Shown here piece by piece: positions 33,582-34,169 of a stretch of 34,169 nucleotides of DNA (the first letter of the stretch is position 1; every line of letters starts with the position of its first letter). Source of the DNA: a virus (taxonomy: Duplodnaviria; Caudoviricetes). The notes beneath the pieces were generated by a model. That model searched no databases. It had not been told where the DNA came from and saw only the letters and a program-made list of their open reading frames with translations. The DNA is taken from IMG/VR virus record IMGVR_UViG_3300040733_000117, positions 1-34,169 of that record; one strand, given 5' to 3'. A program made the position numbers and the translations under genes.

Positions 33582-34169
33582 ATGATTATATCGCCTATCA
33601 AGAATCTCGATCCTGAAAAGGTGAAATACTACGATGCCGACAGCGGGGTTGACATCTATACTCCGGTGGGCACTTCAATTGTCGCGGCTGGTGACGGGGA
33701 GCTCGTATACTCCGAGAGAGGACATACCAAATGGACAACGCCGCCAGACACGCCCAACAGCATACTCCTGCGGCTCAAGACCCCCCTTTATATCGGCGGC
33801 AGGACATACTCCTTCTGTTGGTATACTCACCTCAGCGAGATCGCCTATCAGGTGCCAGATGATGGCCAGGCGCACACAATCGTGAAGGCTGGGAACTACC
33901 TCGGGAAGACCGGCACAGGCAACAGCGTCAATCATCTGCATTTCGGCCTCCTCGTCAATCGAGCTCAGGCTGTCGAAAGTGACTGGATGGCGCCGGCCGA
34001 TCTGGCTGCACTCCTGAAGAGCATCCTGAAAGGCACGGTTCAGGTGCCAGAGGTGGAGCAGGAGAAGAAAAATCTTCTGAAAATCTTCGCCCATGATGGG
34101 AAAATTACCCTGGTGCTCAATGAGAAGGAAATCCCTGTGAAGGGGATCAACGCTGTGATTGAATACTGA
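33582..34169 (+). CDS. M23 family peptidoglycan peptidase (endolysin)
   Basis: GVDI..P.GT.IVAA.DG, YTHLS, V.AG..LG.TG.G...HLHFG. Confidence 0.9.
   Translation: MIISPIKNLDPEKVKYYDADSGVDIYTPVGTSIVAAGDGELVYSERGHTKWTTPPDTPNSILLRLKTPLYIGGRTYSFCWYTHLSEIAYQVPDDGQAHTIVKAGNYLGKTGTGNSVNHLHFGLLVNRAQAVESDWMAPADLAALLKSILKGTVQVPEVEQEKKNLLKIFAHDGKITLVLNEKEIPVKGINAVIEY

Larger units (their letters stand above)
1..34169 (+). mobile_element. Tailed phage/prophage segment (sipho-type tail, Mu-like head module), replication through lysis genes
   Basis: Continuous co-directional run of helicase, SSB, terminases, portal, MuF, protease, capsid, tail and lysis genes with frequent ATGA/TAATG stop-start overlaps; no sheath gene recognised; no host housekeeping genes or att sites visible. 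Confidence 0.97.

Noticed and set aside
1-34169. CRISPR array, tRNA or rRNA genes; frequent GAGCTC hexamers
   Set aside because: No regularly spaced repeats or cloverleaf seen in the few short intergenic gaps; GAGCTC mostly reflects Glu-Leu codon pairs

Overview
The whole window is one co-oriented (+ strand) stretch of a tailed phage or prophage. It starts exactly at the ATG of a DnaB-like helicase and ends at the stop codon of an M23 endolysin. Order: replication/early genes (divergent DnaB, SSB, many small Cys-rich proteins, a RuvC-like fusion); a consensus sigma70 late promoter followed at once by a terminator; TerS and a GpA-like TerL; a Mu-like head module (gp29-type portal, MuF with a C-terminal extension plus a coupled partner gene, gpI-like protease/scaffold, two accessory genes, gpD-like decoration protein, gpE-like capsid, gp36- and gpG-like proteins); a non-contractile tail module (tube, -1 frameshifting chaperone, tape measure, tip proteins, collagen/Gly-rich fibre); and a lysis cassette. 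The most unusual items are: (1) a GT9 glycosyltransferase-methyltransferase fusion wedged between the tail chaperone and tape measure genes; (2) a MuF-extension/partner pair whose partner looks homologous to the N-terminal domain of the collagen fibre 17 kb away; (3) a late operon with repeated similar terminators, implying antitermination; (4) a second protein ending in an SSB-like DAPF tail; (5) a DnaB lacking its canonical arginine finger. All family assignments come from motifs recognised by eye; no database searches were run. No integrase, att site, tRNA, CRISPR array or reverse transcriptase was seen.
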